Positions 26,201 through 38,400 of a stretch of 64,000 nt of DNA are shown here, piece by piece. Position 1 is the stretch's first letter, and each line of letters begins with the position of its first letter. The translations under genes and the position numbers were made by a program. The notes beneath the pieces are model-generated. The model searched no databases and was not told where the DNA came from. It was given only the letters and a program-made list of their open reading frames with translations. This DNA comes from Auanema rhodensis (Eukaryota; Animalia; Nematoda): assembly GCA_964057225.1 (NCBI GenBank), contig OZ059899.1, positions 20,770,001 through 20,834,000 on the forward strand, in the 5' to 3' direction.

Positions 26201-28600
26201 GCTCTAGCTGGTTTTCAATTTTTATGAGATTTTTCATCATCTTACAACAAATTCAATTGAATCTAACATGAATTATTTTTTCGTTTTGAAAAGCATTGAA
26301 TATCATTGTTCCTTGTAATATTGGATTTGAATATTGCTTTGTTAGCTTTAAGATGTTTGCTTATGCATAGCTTCAGTTTGCTGCTCTAGCTGGTTTTCAC
26401 TTTTTATGAGATTTTTCATCATCTTACAACAAATTCAATTGAATCTCATGTGAATTATTTTTTTTTTTAAAAAAGCATTGAATTTCATTGTTTCTTGTAA
26501 TGATGGATTTGAATATTGCTTTGTTTGCTTTAAGATTTTTGCTACTACATGCCCTGTGTTTACTGCTCTAGCTAGTTTTCAATTTTTATGAGATTTTTCA
26601 TCATCTTACAACAAATTCATTTGAATCTCATGTGAATTATTTTTTTTTTTAAAAAAGCATTGAATTTCATTGTTTCTTGTAATGATGGATTTGAATATTG
26701 CTTTGTTAGCTTTATGATTTTTGCTACTGTATAGCTTCAGTTTGCTGCTCTAGCTGGTTTTCAATTTTTATGAGATTTTTCATCATCTTACAACAAATTC
26801 AATTGAATCTAACATGAAATATTTTTTCGTTTTGAAAAGCATTGAATATCATTGTTCCTTGTAATATTGGATTTGAATATTGCTTTGTTAGCTTTAAGAT
26901 GTTTGCTTATGCATAGCTTCAGTTTGCTGCTCTAGCTGGTTTTCAATTTTTATGAGATTTTTCATCATCTTACAACAAATTCAATTGAATCTAACATGAA
27001 ATATTTTTTCGTTTTGAAAAGCATTGAATATCATTGTTCCTTGTAATATTGGATTTGAATATTGCTTTGTTAGCTTTATGATTTTTGCTACTGTATAGCT
27101 TCAGTTTGCTGCTCTAGCTGGTTTTCAATTTTTATGAGATTTTTCATCATCTTACAACAAATTCATTTGAATCTAACATGAAATATTTTTTCTTTTTAAA
27201 AAGCATTGAATATCATTGTTCCTTGTAATATTGGATTTGAATATTGCTTTGTTAGCTTTATGATTTTTGCTACTGTATAGCTTCAGTTTGCTGCTCTAGC
27301 TGGTTTTCAATTTTTATGAGATTTTTCATCATCTTACAACAAATTCATTTGAATCTAACATGAACTATTTTTTCGTTTCAAATAGTAGTGAATATCATTG
27401 TTTCTTGTAATATTGGATTTGAATATTGCTTTGTTTGCTTTAAGATTTTTGCTACTACATGCCCTGTGTTTACTGCTCTAGCTAGTTTTCAATTTTTATG
27501 AGATTTTTCATCATCTTACAACAAATTCATTTGAATCTCATGTGAATTATTTTTTTTTTTAAAAAAGCATTGAATTTCATTGTTTCTTGTAATGATGGAT
27601 TTGAATATTGCTTTGTTAGCTTTATGATTTTTGCTACTGTATAGCTTCAGTTTGCTGCTCTAGCTGGTTTTCAATTTTTATGAGATTTTTCATCGTCTTA
27701 CAACAAATTCAATTGAATCTAACATGAAATATTTTTTCGTTTTGAAAAGCATTGAATATCATTGTTCCTTGTAATATTGGATTTGAATATTGCTTTGTTA
27801 GCTTTAAGATTTTTGCTACTACATGCCCTGTGTTTACTGCTCTAGCTAGTTTTCAATTTTTATGAGATTTTTCATCATCTTACAACAAATTCATTTGAAT
27901 CTCATGTGAATTAATTTTTTTTTTAAAAAAGCATTGAATTTCATTGTTCCTTGTAATATTGGATTTGAATATTGCTTTGTTAGCTTTATGATTTTTGCTA
28001 CTGTATAGCTTCAGTTTGCTGCTCTAGCTGGTTTTCAATTTTTATTAGATTTTTCATCATCTTGCAACAAATTCATTTGAATCTAATATGAACTATTTTT
28101 TCGTTTCAAATAGTAGTGAATATAATTGTTTCTTGTAATATTGGATTTGAATATTGCTTTGTTTGCTTTAAGATTTTTGCTACTACATGCCCTGTGTTTA
28201 CTGCTCTAGCTAGTTTTCCATTTTTATGAGAATAATCGTCCTGTGACAACAAATTCATTTGAATCTAATATGAATTTTTTTTTTTTGAAAAGCATTGAAT
28301 TTCATTGTTTCTTGTAATGATGGATTTGAATATTGCTTCGTTAGCTTTATGATTTTTGCTTCTGCATAGCTTCAGTTTGCTGCTTTAGCTGGTTTTCACT
28401 TTTTATTAGATTTTTCATAATCTTACAACAAATTCAATTGAATCTAAGATGAATTATTTTTTCGTTTTGAAAAGCATTGAATATCATTGTTTCTTGTAAT
28501 AATTGATTTGAATATTGCTTTGTTACCTTTAACATTTTTGCTTCTGCATAGCTTCAGTTTGCTGCTTTAGCTGGTTTTCACTTTTTATTAGATTTTTCAT
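23300..28600 (+). repeat. About 15-monomer (2727 bp) higher-order duplication in the 182-bp array
   Basis: The marker block gaactattttttcgtttcaaatagtagtg occurs at 23361/26088 and 24635/27362 (offset 2727), with the same order of intervening variants. Confidence 0.8.
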
Positions 28601-30418
28601 AATCTTACAACAAATTCAATTGAATCTAAGATGAAATATTTTTTCGTTTTGAAAAGCATTGAATATCATTGTTTCTTGTAATAATTGATTTGAATATTGC
28701 TTTGTTAGCTTTATGATTTTTGCTACTGTATAGCTTCAGTTTGCTGCTCTAGCTGGTTTTCAATTTTTATTAGATTTTTCACCATCTTGCAACAAATTCA
28801 TTTGAATCTAATATGAACTATTTTTTCGTTTCAAATAGTAGTGAATATAATTGTTTCTTGTAATATTGGATTTGAATATTGCTTTGTTTGCTTTAAGATT
28901 TTTGCTACTACATGCCCTGTGTTTACTGCTCTAGCTAGTTTTCCATTTTTATGAGAATAATCGTCCTGTGACAACAAATTCATTTGAATCTAATATGAAT
29001 TTTTTTTTTTTAAAAAGCATTGAATTTCATTGTTTCTTGTAATGATGGATTTGAATATTGCTTTGTTACCTTTAACATTTTTGCTTCTGCATAGCTTCAG
29101 TTTGCTGCTTTAGCTGGTTTTCACTTTTTATTAGATTTTTCATAATCTCACAACAAATTCAATTGAATCTAAGATGAATTATTTTTTCTTTTTAAAAAGC
29201 ATTGAATATCATTATTTCTTGTAATAATTGATTTGAATATTGCTTCGTTTGTTTTAAGATTTTGCTACTGCATAGCTTCAGTTTGCTGCTCTAGCTGGTT
29301 TTCTATTATTATGAGATTTTTCATAATCTTGCAACAAATTCATTTGAATCTAATATGAACTATTTTTTCGTTTCAAATAGTAGTGAATATAATTGTTTCT
29401 TGTAATATTGGATTTGAATATTACTTTGATAGTTATAAGATTTTTGCTACTATATGCCCTGTGTTTACTGCTCTAGCTAGTTTTCAATTTTTATTAGATT
29501 TTTCATAATCTTACAACAAATTCAATTGAATCTAAGATGAAATATTTTTTCGTTTTGAAAAGCATTGAATATCATTGTTTCTTGTAATAATTGATTTGAA
29601 TATTGCTTTGTTAGCTTTATGATTTTTGCTACTGTATAGCTTCAGTTTGCTGCTCTAGCTGGTTTTCAATTTTTATTAGATTTTTCACCATCTTGCAACA
29701 AATTCATTTGAATCTAATATGAACTATTTTTTCGTTTCAAATAGTAGTGAATATAATTGTTTCTTGTAATATTGGATTTGAATATTGCTTTGTTTGCTTT
29801 AAGATTTTTGCTACTACATGCCCTGTGTTTACTGCTCTAGCTAGTTTTCCATTTTTATGAGAATAATCGTCCTGTGACAACAAATTCATTTGAATCTAAT
29901 ATGAATTTTTTTTTTTTAAAAAGCATTGAATTTCATTGTTTCTTGTAATGATGGATTTGAATATTGCTTTGTTACCTTTAACATTTTTGCTTCTGCATAG
30001 CTTCAGTTTGCTGCTTTAGCTGGTTTTCACTTTTTATTAGATTTTTCATAATCTCACAACAAATTCAATTGAATCTAAGATGAATTATTTTTTCTTTTTA
30101 AAAAGCATTGAATATCATTATTTCTTGTAATAATTGATTTGAATATTGCTTCGTTTGTTTTAAGATTTTGCTACTGCATAGCTTCAGTTTGCTGCTCTAG
30201 CTGGTTTTCTATTATTATGAGATTTTTCATAATCTTGCAACAAATTCATTTGAATCTAATATGAACTATTTTTTCGTTTCAAATAGTAGTGAATATAATT
30301 GTTTCTTGTAATATTGGATTTGAATATTACTTTGATAGTTATAAGATTTTTGCTACTATATGCCCTGTGTTTACTGCTCTAGCTAGTTTTCAATTTTTAT
30401 TAGATTTTTCATAATCTT
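28582..30418 (+). repeat. 5-monomer (906 bp) higher-order repeat in the 182-bp array, 2 copies
   Basis: Marker pairs 28815/29721, 29357/30263 and 28582/29488 are all offset by 906. Confidence 0.85.
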
Positions 30419-31589
30419 GCAACAAATTCATTTGAATCTAATATGAACTATTTTTTCGTTTCAAATAGTAGTGAATATCATTGTTTCTTGTAATATTGGA
30501 TTTGAATATTACTTTGATAGTTATAAGATTTTTGCTACTACATGCCCTGTGTTTACTGCTCTAGCTAGTTTTCCATTTTTATGAGAATAATAGTCCTGTG
30601 ACAACAAATTCATTTGAATCTAATATGAATTATTTTTTCTTTTTAAGAAGCATTGAATATCATTGTTTCTTGTGATGATGGATTTGAATATTGCTTCGTT
30701 AGCTTTATGATTTTTGCTACTACATGCCCTGTGTTTACTGCTCTAGCTGGTTTTCCATTTTTATTAGATTTTTCATCATCTTGCTACAAATTCATTTAAA
30801 TCTAATATGAACTATTTTTTCGTTTAGTAGTGAGTATCATTGTTTCTTGTAATATTGGATTTGATTATTGCTTCGTTTGTTTTAAGATTTTCCTTCTGCA
30901 TAGCTTCAGTGCTCTAGCTGGTTTTCCATTTTTATGAGATTTTTCATCATCTTACAACAAATTCATTTAAATCTAACATGAATTATTTTTTCGTTTGAAA
31001 AAGCATTGAATTTCATTGTTTCTTGTAATATTGGATTTGATTATTGCTTTGTTAGCTTTAAAATTTTTGCTACTACATGTCCTGTGTTTACTGCTCTAGC
31101 TGGTTTTCACTTTTTATGAGATTTTTCATCATCTTACAAGAAATTCATTTAAATCTAACATGAATTGTTTTTTCGTTTTAAAAAGCATTGAATTTCATTG
31201 TTTCTGGTAATATTGGATTTGATTATTGCTTTGTTAGCTTTAAAATTTTTGCTACTACATGTCCTGTGTTTACTGCTCTAGCTGGTTTTCACTTTTTATG
31301 AGATTTTTCATCATTTTACAACAAATTCATTTAAATCTAACATGAATTGTTTTTTTCGTTTTAAAAAGCATTGAATTTCATTGTTTCTGGTAATATTGGA
31401 TTTGATTATTGCTTCGTTTGTTTTAAGATTTTGCTTCTGCATAGCTTCAGTGCTCTAGCTGGTTTTCCATTTTTATGAGATTTTTCATCATCTTACAAGA
31501 AATTCAATTGAATCTAACATGAATTATTTTTTCGTTTTAAAAAGCATTGAATTTCATTGTTTCTTGTAATATTGGATTTGATTATTGCT

Positions 31590-31650
31590 TTGTTAGCTTT
31601 AAGATTTTTGCTACACTGAAGCTATGCAAAAGCAAAATCTTAAAACAAAC
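31590..31650. other. Inversion (fold-back) breakpoint at 31614/31615 inside the 182-bp array
   Basis: aagatttttgctac|actgaagctatgcaaaagcaaaatctt: the arms aagatttt(t)gc and gcaaaatctt flank a spacer of about 20 nt. T/A strand skew flips at this point. Confidence 0.95.
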
Positions 31651-32660
31651 GAAGTAATAATCAAATCCAATATTACAAGAAACAATGAAATTCAATGCTT
31701 TTTAAAACGAAAAAATAATTCATGTTAGATTTAAATGAATTTGTTGTAAGACGATGAAAAATCTCATAAAAAGTGAAAACCAGCTAGAGTAGTAAACACA
31801 GGACATGCAGAAGCAAAATCTTAAAACAAACGAAGCAATAATCAAATCCAATATTACAAGAAACAATGAAATTCAATGCTTTTTAAAACGAAAAAATAAT
31901 TCATATTAGATTCAATTGAATTTCTTGTAAGATGATGAAAAATCTCATAAAAATGGAAAACCAGCTAGAGCACTGAAGCTATGCAAAAGCAAAATCTTAA
32001 AACAAACGAAGTAATAATCAAATCCAATATTACAAGAAACAATGAAATTCAATGCTTTTTAAAACGAAAAAATAATTCATGTTAGATTTAAATGAATTTG
32101 TTGTAAGATGATGAAAAATCTCATAAAAAGTGAAAACCAGCTAGAGTAGTAAACACAGGACATGCAGAAGCAAAATCTTAAAACAAACGAAGTAATAATC
32201 AAATCCAATATTACAAGAAACAATGAAATTCAATGCTTTTTAAAACGAAAAAATAATTCATGTTAGATTTAAATGAATTTGTTGTAAGATGATGAAAATT
32301 CTCATAAAAAGTGAAAACCAGCTAGAGCAGTAAACACAGGACATGTAGTAGCAAAAATTTTAAAGCTAACAAAGCAATAATCAAATCCAATATTACAAGA
32401 AACAATGAAATTCAATGCTTTTTCAAACGAAAAAATAATTCATGTTAGATTTAAATGAATTTGTTGTAAGATGATGAAAAATCTCATAAAAAGTGAAAAC
32501 CAGCTAGAGCAGTAAACACAGCACATGTAGTAGCAAAAATCTAAAAGCTAACAAAGCAATAATCAAATCCAATATTACAAGAAACATAGAAATTCAATGC
32601 TTTTTAAAACGAAAAAATAATTCATATTAGATTCAATTGAATTTGTTGTCACATGACGAT
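31615..32660 (-). repeat. 182-bp satellite in inverted orientation, about 5.8 monomers
   Basis: From 31615 the sequence actgaagctatgc...aatcaaatccaatattacaagaaacaatgaaattcaatgc is the reverse complement of the 182-bp monomer. It ends at ...tttgttgtcacatgacgat (32660). Confidence 0.97.
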
Positions 32661-33149
32661 AAGTATAAGTGTGAACTTATATCAGTTGATATCTCGGTTC
32701 CTTTTTAAGCTAGCGCATATCTGATAACATAGATCGACGCAGCTTAAAAATCCGCATCAAAAGCACTATATTACATTGAAAAACGCTCAATACAAAAATT
32801 AGTTATGATCGTTTGAAAAATGATGCATTAGTGTATGTTGAGTTTCCATGTACACTCAACATTGCTTCCAAAAACATTTTGACAAAAATTTTCCCGAAAA
32901 ATTTCAGAATAATTGCACAAAAAGTAGATGGTTTTAAATTCTTTTTTTGAGGCAAAGACGATGAACAATGTTATTCAACGAAAAAATTAATTCTTCAGGG
33001 TGAAAATCGAGGATATAAGTGTGAACTTATATCAGTTGATATCTCGGTGCATTTTCAAGCTAGCGCAAATCTGATAACATAGATCGACGCAGCTTAAAAA
33101 TCCGCATCAAAAGCACTATATTACATTGAAAAACGCTTGATACAAAAAT

Positions 33150-36100
33150 TAGGTATGATCGTTTGAAAAATGATGCATTAGTGTATGTTGAGTTTCCATG
33201 TACACTCAACATTGCTTCCAAAAACATTTTGACAAAAATTTTTCCGAAAAATTTCGAAAAAATTTCGCGAAAAGTAGATGTTTTTAGATTCCTTTTTTCA
33301 AGGCAAAGACGATGGACAATGTTATTCAACGAAAAAATTATTTCTGCAGGGTGAAAATCGAGGATATAAGTGTGAACTTATATCAGTTGATATCTCGGTG
33401 CATTTTCAAGCTAGCGCAAATCTGATAACACAGATCGACGCAGCTTAAAAATCCGCATCGAATGCACTATACAACATTGAGAAACGCTTAATACAAAAAT
33501 TAGTTATGATCGTTTGAAAAATGATGCATTAGTGTATGTTGAGTTTCCATGTACACTCAACATAGCTTCCAAAAACATTTTGACAAAAATTTTTCCAAAA
33601 AATTTCGAAATAAATTCGCAAAAAGTAGATGTTTTTAGATTCCTTTTTTCAAGGCAAAGACGATGGACAATGTTATTCAACGAAAAAATTAATTCTGCAG
33701 GGTGAAAATCGAGGATATAAGTGTGAACTTATATCAGTTGATATCTCGGTGCATTTTTAAGCTAGCGCAAATCTGATAACACAGATCGACGCAGCTTAAA
33801 AATCCGCATCGAATGCACTATACTGCATTGAGAAACGCTTAATACAAAAGTTAGTTATGATCGTTTGAAAAATGATGCATTAGTGTATGTTGAGTTTCCA
33901 TGTACACTCAACATTGCTTCCAAAAACATTTTGACAAAAATTTTTCCGAAAAATTTTAAAATAATTTCGCAAAAAGTAGATGTTTTTAGATTCCTTTGTT
34001 CAAGGCAAAGACGATGGACAATGTTATTCAACGAAAAAATTAATTCTGCAGGGTGAAAATCGAGGATATAAGTGTGAACTTATATCAGTTGATATCTCGG
34101 TGCATTTTTAAGCTAGCGCAAATCTGATAACACAGATCGACGCAGCTTAAAAATCCGCATCGAATGCACTCTATTACATTGAGAAACGCTTGATACAAAA
34201 ATTAGGTATGATCGTTTGAAAAATGATGCATTAGTGTATGTTGAGTTTCCATGTACACTCAACATTGCTTTCAAAAACATTTTGACAAAAATTTTTCCGA
34301 AAAATTTCAAAATAATTTCGCAAAAAGTAGATGTTTTTAGATTCCTTTTTTCAAGGCAAAGACGATGGACAATGTTATTCAACGAAAAAAAATTCTGCAG
34401 GGTGAAAATCGAGGATATAAGTGTGAACTTATATCAGTTGATATCTCGGTGCATTTTTAAGCTAGCGCAAATCTGATAACACAGATCGACGCAGCTTAAA
34501 AATCCGCATCGAATGCACTATACTACATTGAGAAACGCTTGATACAAAAATTAGGTATGATCGTTTGAAAAATGATGCATTAGTGTATGTTGAGTTTCCA
34601 TGTACACTCAACATTGCTTCCTAAAACATTTTGACAAAAATTTTTCCGAAAAATTTCGAAAAAATTTCGCGAAAAGTAGATGTTTTTAGATTCCTTTTTT
34701 CAAGGCAAAGACGATGGACAATGTTATTCAACGAAAAAATTATTTCTGCAGGGTGAAAATCGAGGATATAAGTGTGAACTTATATCAGTTGATATCTCGG
34801 TGCATTTTTAAGCTAGCGCAAATCTGATAACACAGATCGACGCAGCTTAAAAATCCGCATCGAATGCACTATACAACATTGAGAAACGCTCAATACAAAA
34901 ATTAGTTATGATCGTTTGAAAAATGATGCATTAGTGTATGTTGAGTTTCCATGTACACTCAACATTGCTTCCAAAAACATTTTGATAAAAATTTTTCCGA
35001 AAAATTTCGAAAAAATTTCGCGAAAAGTAGATGTTTTTAGATTCCTTTTTTCAAGTCAAAGACGATGGACAATGTTATTCAACGAAAAAATTATTTCTGC
35101 AGGGTGAAAATCGAGGATATAAGTGTGAACTTATATCAGTTGATATCTCGGTGCATTTTTAAGCTAGCGCAAATCTGATAACACAGATCGACGCAGCTTA
35201 AAAATCCGCATTGAATGCACTATACAACATTGAGAAACGCTCAATACAAAAATTAGTTATGATCGTTTGAAAAATGATGCATTAGTGTATGTTGAGTTTC
35301 CATGTACACTCAACATTGCTTCCAAAAACATTTTGACAAAAATTTTTCCGAGAAATTTCAAAATAATTTCGCGAAAAGTAGATGTTTTTAGATTCCTTTT
35401 TTCAAGTCAAAGACGATGGACAATGTTATTCAACGAAAAAATTATTTCTGCAGGGTGAAAATCGAGGATATAAGTGTGAACTTATATCAGTTGATATCTC
35501 GGTGCATTTTTAAGCTAGCGCAAATCTGATAACACAGATCGACGCAGCTTAAAAATCCGCATCGAATGCACTATACAACATTGAGAAACGCTCAATACAA
35601 AAATTAGTTATGATCGTTTGAAAAATGATGCATTAGTGTATGTTGAGTTTCCATGTACACTCAACATTGCTTCCAAAAACATTTTGACAAAAATTTTTCC
35701 GAAAAATTTCGAAAAAATTTCGCGAAAAGTAGATGTTTTTAGATTCCTTTTTTCAAGGCAAAGACGATGGACAATGTTATTCAACGAAAAAATTATTTCT
35801 GCAGGGTGAAAATCGAGGATATAAGTGTGAACTTATATCAGTTGATATCTCGGTGCATTTTCAAGCTAGCGCAAATCTGATAACACAGATCGACGCAGCT
35901 TAAAAATCCGCATCGAATGCACTATACAACATTGAGAAACGCTTAATACAAAAATTAGTTATGATCGTTTGAAAAATGATGCATTAGTGTATGTTGAGTT
36001 TCCATGTACACTCAACATAGCTTCCAAAAACATTTTGACAAAAATTTTTCCAAAAAATTTCGAAATAAATTCGCAAAAAGTAGATGTTTTTAGATTCCTT

Positions 36101-38400
36101 TTTTCAAGGCAAAGACGATGGACAATGTTATTCAACGAAAAAATTAATTCTGCAGGGTGAAAATCGAGGATATAAGTGTGAACTTATATCAGTTGATATC
36201 TCGGTGCATTTTTAAGCTAGCGCAAATCTGATAACACAGATCGACGCAGCTTGAAAATCCGCATCGAATGCACTATACTGCATTGAGAAACGCTTATTAC
36301 AAAAGTTAGTTATGATCGTTTGAAAAATGATGCATTAGTGTATGTTGAGTTTCCATGTACACTCAACATTGCTTCCAAAAACATTTTGACAAAAATTTTT
36401 CCGAAAAATTTTAAAATAATTTCGCAAAAAGTAGATGTTTTTAGATTCCTTTTTTCAAGGCAAAGACGATGGACAATGTTATTCAACGAAAAAATTAATT
36501 CTGCAGGGTGAAAATCGAGGATATAAGTGTGAACTTATATCAGTTGATATCTCGGTGCAATTTTAAGCTAGCGCAAATCTGATAACACAGATCGACGCAG
36601 CTTAAAAATCCGCATCGAATGCACTATACTGCATTGAGAAACGCTTAATACAAAAGTTAGTTATGATCGTTTGAAAAATGATGCATTAGTGTATGTTGAG
36701 TTTCCATGTACACTCAACATTGCTTCCAAAAACATTTTGACAAAAATTTTTCCGAAAAATTTTAAAATAATTTCGCAAAAAGTAGATGTTTTTAGATTCC
36801 TTTTTTCAAGGCAAAGACGATGGACAATGTTATTCAACGAAAAAATTAATTCTGCAGGGTGAAAATCGAGGATATAAGTGTGAACTTATATCAGTTGATA
36901 TCTCGGTGCATTTTTAAGCTAGCGCAAATCTGATAACACAGATCGACGCAGCTTAAAAATCCGCATCGAATGCACTCTATTACATTGAGAAACGCGTGAT
37001 ACAAAAATTAGGTATGATCGTTTGAAAAATGATGCATTAGTGTATGTTGAGTTTCCATGTACACTCAACATTGCTTTCAAAAACATTTTGACAAAAATTT
37101 TTCCGAAAAATTTCAAAATAATTTCGCAAAAAGTAGATGTTTTTAGATTCCTTTTTTCAAGGCAAAGACGATGGACAATGTTATTCAACGAAAAAAAATT
37201 CTGCAGGGTGAAAATCGAGGATATAAGTGTGAACTTATATCAGTTGATATCTCGGTGCATTTTTAAGCTAGCGCAAATCTGATAACACAGATCGACGCAG
37301 CTTAAAAATCCGCATCGAATGCACTATACTACATTGAGAAACGCTTGATACAAAAATTAGGTATGATCGTTTGAAAAATGATGCATTAGTGTATGTTGAG
37401 TTTCCATGTACACTCAACATTGCTTCCTAAAACATTTTGACAAAAATTTTTCCGAAAAATTTCGAAAAAATTTCGCGAAAAGTAGATGTTTTTAGATTCC
37501 TTTTTTCAAGGCAAAGACGATGGACAATGTTATTCAACGAAAAAATCATTTCTGCAGGGTGAAAATCGAGGATATAAGTGTGAACTTATATCAGTTGATA
37601 TCTCGGTGCATTTTTAAGCTAGCGCAAATCTGATAACACAGATCGACGCAGCTTAAAAATCCGCATCGAATGCACTATACAACATTGAGAAACGCTTAAT
37701 ACAAAAATTAGTTATGATCGTTTGAAAAATGATGCATTAGTGTATGTTGAGTTTCCATGTACACTCAACATTGCTTCCAAAAACATTTTGATAAAAATTT
37801 TTCCGAAAAATTTCGAAAAAATTTCGCGAAAAGTAGATGTTTTTAGATTCCTTTTTTCAAGTCAAAGACGATGGACAATGTTATTCAACGAAAAAATTAT
37901 TTCTGCAGGGTGAAAATCGAGGATATAAGTGTGAACTTATATCAGTTGATATCTCGGTGCATTTTTAAGCTAGCGCAAATCTGATAACACAGATCGACGC
38001 AGCTTAAAAATCCGCATTGAATGCACTATACAACATTGAGAAACGCTCAATACAAAAATTAGTTATGATCGTTTGAAAAATGATGCATTAGTGTATGTTG
38101 AGTTTCCATGTACACTCAACATTGCTTCCAAAAACATTTTGACAAAAATTTTTCCGAGAAATTTCAAAATAATTTCGCGAAAAGTAGATGTTTTTAGATT
38201 CCTTTTTTCAAGTCAAAGACGATGGACAATGTTATTCAACGAAAAAATTATTTCTGCAGGGTGAAAATCGAGGATATAAGTGTGAACTTATATCAGTTGA
38301 TATCTCGGTGCATTTTTAAGCTAGCGCAAATCTGATAACACAGATCGACGCAGCTTAAAAATCCGCATCGAATGCACTATACAACATTGAGAAACGCTCA
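33150..38400 (-). repeat. 7-mer higher-order repeat (2455 bp) whose second copy is expanded to an 8-mer
   Basis: 33514/35969 are offset by 2455. After duplication of one monomer (36320 and 36671, both matching 33865) the offset becomes 2806 (34216/37022, 34916/37722, 35267/38073). Confidence 0.85.

Larger units (their letters stand above)
20157..31614 (+). repeat. 182-bp tandem satellite array, forward orientation, about 63 monomers
   Basis: The monomer start gttagctttatgatttttgc (or a variant) occurs at 20157, 20339, 20521, 20703 and 20885, a period of 182. No ORFs appear in the track for this region. Confidence 0.97.

Noticed and set aside
31560-31680. Inversion as a fold-back read or assembly artefact
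   Set aside because: Considered unlikely because the arms differ in SNPs, in length and in their outer junctions, whereas an artefact would mirror the sequence exactly. It is not fully excluded without reads.
20157-32663. 182-bp island as a transposon insertion with a target-site duplication
   Set aside because: The flanking 351-bp arrays are in opposite orientation and are broken at different monomer positions. There is no TSD, terminal repeat or coding capacity.
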